This document shows positions 63,164 to 64,000 of a stretch of 64,000 nucleotides of DNA, one piece after another (position 1 is the first letter of the stretch; every line of letters starts with the position of its first letter). The stretch is from Poseidonia sp. (GTDB lineage: Archaea; Thermoplasmatota; Poseidoniia; Poseidoniales; Poseidoniaceae). Location: NCBI GenBank assembly GCA_030827365.1, contig JAUREO010000003.1, positions 972 to 64,971 on the forward strand, given 5' to 3'. Position numbers and translations under genes: made by a program. Below the pieces are notes generated by a model. The model was given only the letters and a program-made list of their open reading frames with translations, was not told where the DNA came from and did not search any database.

Positions 63164-63166
63164 GGG

Positions 63167-64000
63167 TTAACAAAGGCGACCACTTTCTTCACCATATGTG
63201 TGCATTGGTGCCTGAAAGAGAGCGTCACAATCCCTCTTTAACATCGGTAATGTGAGAACTGCCTGAGACCAATCGATAGAATAACTGCCCGCACTTACTG
63301 GTGAAGGGACATAATCATATCCAGTTTGTTGCATTTCAATGATAATGGATTCTCCAGCCTGAAGAAAAATGTCCATAGGTAAAAATTCCATTTTCCCTGT
63401 CACGGTGACGAATGGAATGAGTGCTTCTTGTCCATCTCGGCCGCCGTCATAAAATCGGAAATCCATCACAGCATGTCCCAAGTGCATTCCACTGCTGTCT
63501 GTCATCTCAAGATATCCATGTGCCCCATTCGTGGTGTGGGGCGTAACTGGAATGTGAAATGTTGGCATACCTACAATGTACACATCTTCATCAAATGGAC
63601 CGTAGGTCATCGTTATTGTGTCGGTTACACTCATCCCTGCCCCACTGGGATTCATGTCCGAAGCCACGATTTCAACGTAGGTTGTATCGATTGGAGGATA
63701 CGTGTCTTCGAACCGCCAACCTCCTCTGTTGTCCTGCATTTCAACACCGAGGACGGGGGGTTCACCTTCACCTTTGAGATACCAATTGAACCAATACAAC
63801 ATCTCATCAGCCCAGTCCCAACGTAATGTGTAAGGATAGGCTTCTTGCCCTTCTCCGGGTGGAAGCGCGGCATGACCTGAAGCCCTGTCTGGATAATCGT
63901 GTGCCCATTGGCCAGCGAGGGTTTTGATTTCTATGCCTGCGTTTTCGATGATTTGGTGCGTAGGAAAAGCCATGTGAGGGTCAACGTTCCAATCTTGCAT
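63167..64000 (-). CDS. CocE/NonD (X-Pro dipeptidyl-peptidase) family hydrolase, C-terminal beta-sandwich domain (partial; 5' end beyond window)
   Basis: The frame is open to the window edge. [21 protein letters not shown] and [22 protein letters not shown] resemble the PepX_C jelly-roll domain pattern. Confidence 0.7.
   Translation of the reverse strand: MQDWNVDPHMAFPTHQIIENAGIEIKTLAGQWAHDYPDRASGHAALPPGEGQEAYPYTLRWDWADEMLYWFNWYLKGEGEPPVLGVEMQDNRGGWRFEDTYPPIDTTYVEIVASDMNPSGAGMSVTDTITMTYGPFDEDVYIVGMPTFHIPVTPHTTNGAHGYLEMTDSSGMHLGHAVMDFRFYDGGRDGQEALIPFVTVTGKMEFLPMDIFLQAGESIIIEMQQTGYDYVPSPVSAGSYSIDWSQAVLTLPMLKRDCDALFQAPMHTYGEESGRLC

Noticed and set aside
1-64000. Scan for CRISPR arrays, rRNA genes, IS elements or transposases, toxin-antitoxin pairs and known defence-system hallmarks.
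   Set aside because: No spaced direct repeats, rRNA-like sequence or transposase/integrase-like ORFs were seen. The only PIN-domain protein has the Nob1 zinc-ribbon architecture, and the KaiC-like ATPase is ArlH within the archaellum operon.

Overview
This is a densely coding chromosomal segment of an archaeon. The archaeal assignment rests on a complete arlB-to-arlJ archaellum operon, Nob1, TatA, family-X polymerase, a membrane H+-pyrophosphatase and an archaeal-type tRNA-Glu. The gene content (thiol and quinone redox defence, amino-acid uptake, several giant Ca-binding or beta-sandwich surface proteins) fits a marine planktonic Thermoplasmatota/MGII-like lineage, but that placement is inference only. 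I call 50 protein-coding genes and 1 tRNA. I saw no rRNA, CRISPR array, transposase or integrase. One long gene at the left edge (1..2442, reverse strand) is missing from the supplied ORF track because it has no stop codon inside the window. Several track ORFs are over-extended at the 5' end; I re-set those starts using Shine-Dalgarno-like GGAGG/GAGGTG motifs and stop/start overlaps. The best candidate for something undescribed is 32111..38340. There a 1634-aa multi-domain surface protein with a five-helix membrane anchor, plus two small partner ORFs, is joined by overlapping stop/start codons and feeds into the archaellin genes. Other items worth a second look: a thrombospondin-type-3-repeat giant with three exact 234-nt super-repeats; a 1205-aa fused LivH-LivM permease with no binding-protein gene nearby; a fused AcnX dehydratase coupled to an SDR enzyme; a collagen-like/EF-hand-like module in a surface protein; an FMN reductase-pirin-glutathionyl-hydroquinone reductase operon; a recurring TGAATAT/ATATTCA element in several promoter gaps; a perfect 11-bp hairpin after the last archaellin gene; and a NikR-like/ZIP divergent pair with a palindromic spacer. 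All family assignments come from motif recognition by eye. No database search was run.
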